A DNA stretch of 64,000 nucleotides from NCBI GenBank assembly GCA_964565765.1, contig CAZMGF010000008.1:4910-68909 (forward strand), in the 5' to 3' direction. Source of the DNA: an uncultured Spirochaetia bacterium. Lineage in GTDB: Bacteria > Oederibacteriota > PGYV01 > Palsa-1178. Positions within the stretch are counted from its first letter, which is position 1. Each line of letters opens with the position of its first letter. Made by a program: the position numbers and the translations under genes. The notes under the pieces were generated by a model that saw only the letters and a list, made by a program, of their open reading frames with translations, was not told where the DNA came from and searched no databases. Positions 63,381-64,000 of this stretch are shown here, piece after piece.

Positions 63381-63788
63381 ATGAAAACCAGCACAATATT
63401 ATTTTACGGCGGTAAAATAATAATATCTTCAGCCATTGACACGCCCGATGGCGAAATAAAATGGGGAAAGCCTTTTATAATATTAAACAGGGATTCCGGC
63501 GCCGGGGAGATCGGAGGCGCAATTATAAAAAACCTGATGTCTCCCATAGAATCGGTCGCCTCTCCCGCAGAAATACTGAAAGAAACAGGCTTTAAGTCCT
63601 GGGATGATTTTTCCTCTAAAAATATGATGCTTTCCGCGGAACTTAAAGGGGATAAAATAGTCATTCACCCATATTTTTCGGCACCCGGAGGCGAATATTA
63701 CGCAGTACTCAACAGGGATAAGGAGTCCGGCCTTGAGCCGTATGAGCTCGGACACGCCGTCATAAAGTCCCTTGAGTATTGTGGTTAA
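63381..63788 (+). CDS. hypothetical protein (135 aa)
   Basis: Intact ORF with SD taagggggat. No recognised motifs. Confidence 0.4.
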   Translation: MKTSTILFYGGKIIISSAIDTPDGEIKWGKPFIILNRDSGAGEIGGAIIKNLMSPIESVASPAEILKETGFKSWDDFSSKNMMLSAELKGDKIVIHPYFSAPGGEYYAVLNRDKESGLEPYELGHAVIKSLEYCG

Positions 63789-64000
63789 TGCGAAAATCCC
63801 TGATAACCACTATTTTTAATGATTAAGATACCCGGTCAAAAGCCCTAAAAACAAGCAAAATAATATTGACATAAGTCTCAAAAAGTGTAAAATGTACCCT
63901 TGCTTTAAATATACAGCCGGAAATCATGAAATTTAAGGTACATCCTTGGTTTTCCTGATTTATAAGCATAAAACCGCGCGAAGGTTTGATTTTTTTTATA

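Noticed and set aside
1-64000. CRISPR arrays, tRNA/rRNA genes, transposases/integrases, phage genes
   Set aside because: No direct-repeat/spacer arrays were seen. There are no GGTTCGAATCC-type tRNA T-arm signatures, no rRNA-like conserved blocks, and no ORFs with DDE transposase or tyrosine-recombinase motifs. The window looks like core and accessory chromosomal DNA without mobile elements.

Overview
This 64-kb window appears to come from an uncultivated diderm bacterium. No rRNA, tRNA, CRISPR array or mobile-element genes are visible. Coding density is high and most genes lie on the + strand. Cell-envelope and surface functions dominate. From 5' to 3' the window contains: a 5'-truncated surface protein with a Thr/Pro linker and a T9SS-type (FlgD-Ig-like) C-terminal domain; a glycan module (SAM methyltransferase, GT4, ArnT/PMT-like membrane glycosyltransferase); a DtxR/MntR-family repressor; a TolC-like outer-membrane factor; an OmpA-anchored beta-barrel protein; a cNMP-binding protein followed by a large unknown protein; a minus-strand operon of three prepilin-like proteins (222 aa, 516 aa, 882 aa) joined to an O-antigen-ligase-like Wzy_C+TPR protein and a polytopic membrane protein; lgt and a UbiA-family prenyltransferase; a large DUF11-repeat adhesin with a T9SS-type CTD; a YacP-like NYN RNase; two tandem MarR-controlled RND efflux loci (OMF plus two adaptors plus pump, then a third adaptor plus a second pump) whose promoters share an operator-like motif; queH; an Rrf2-regulated metY-cysK-metX-metW operon; HU; a second OmpA-anchored beta-barrel paralog; a TPR/coiled-coil protein; uvrB, a small ORF and uvrC; and a histidine kinase, sigma-54-dependent response regulator and secreted-protein operon. 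The most unusual region follows that operon: the only consensus sigma-54 promoter in the window drives a 123-aa protein homologous to sigma-70 regions 1.2-2.2 only (a sigma mimic or truncated sigma), followed by two large TP-linker/DUF11 adhesins with FlgD-Ig/T9SS-type C-terminal domains. The ORF track marks alternative start codons (TTG/GTG) as M, so several starts were re-evaluated by hand. All functional calls are from motif recognition by eye, not database searches.
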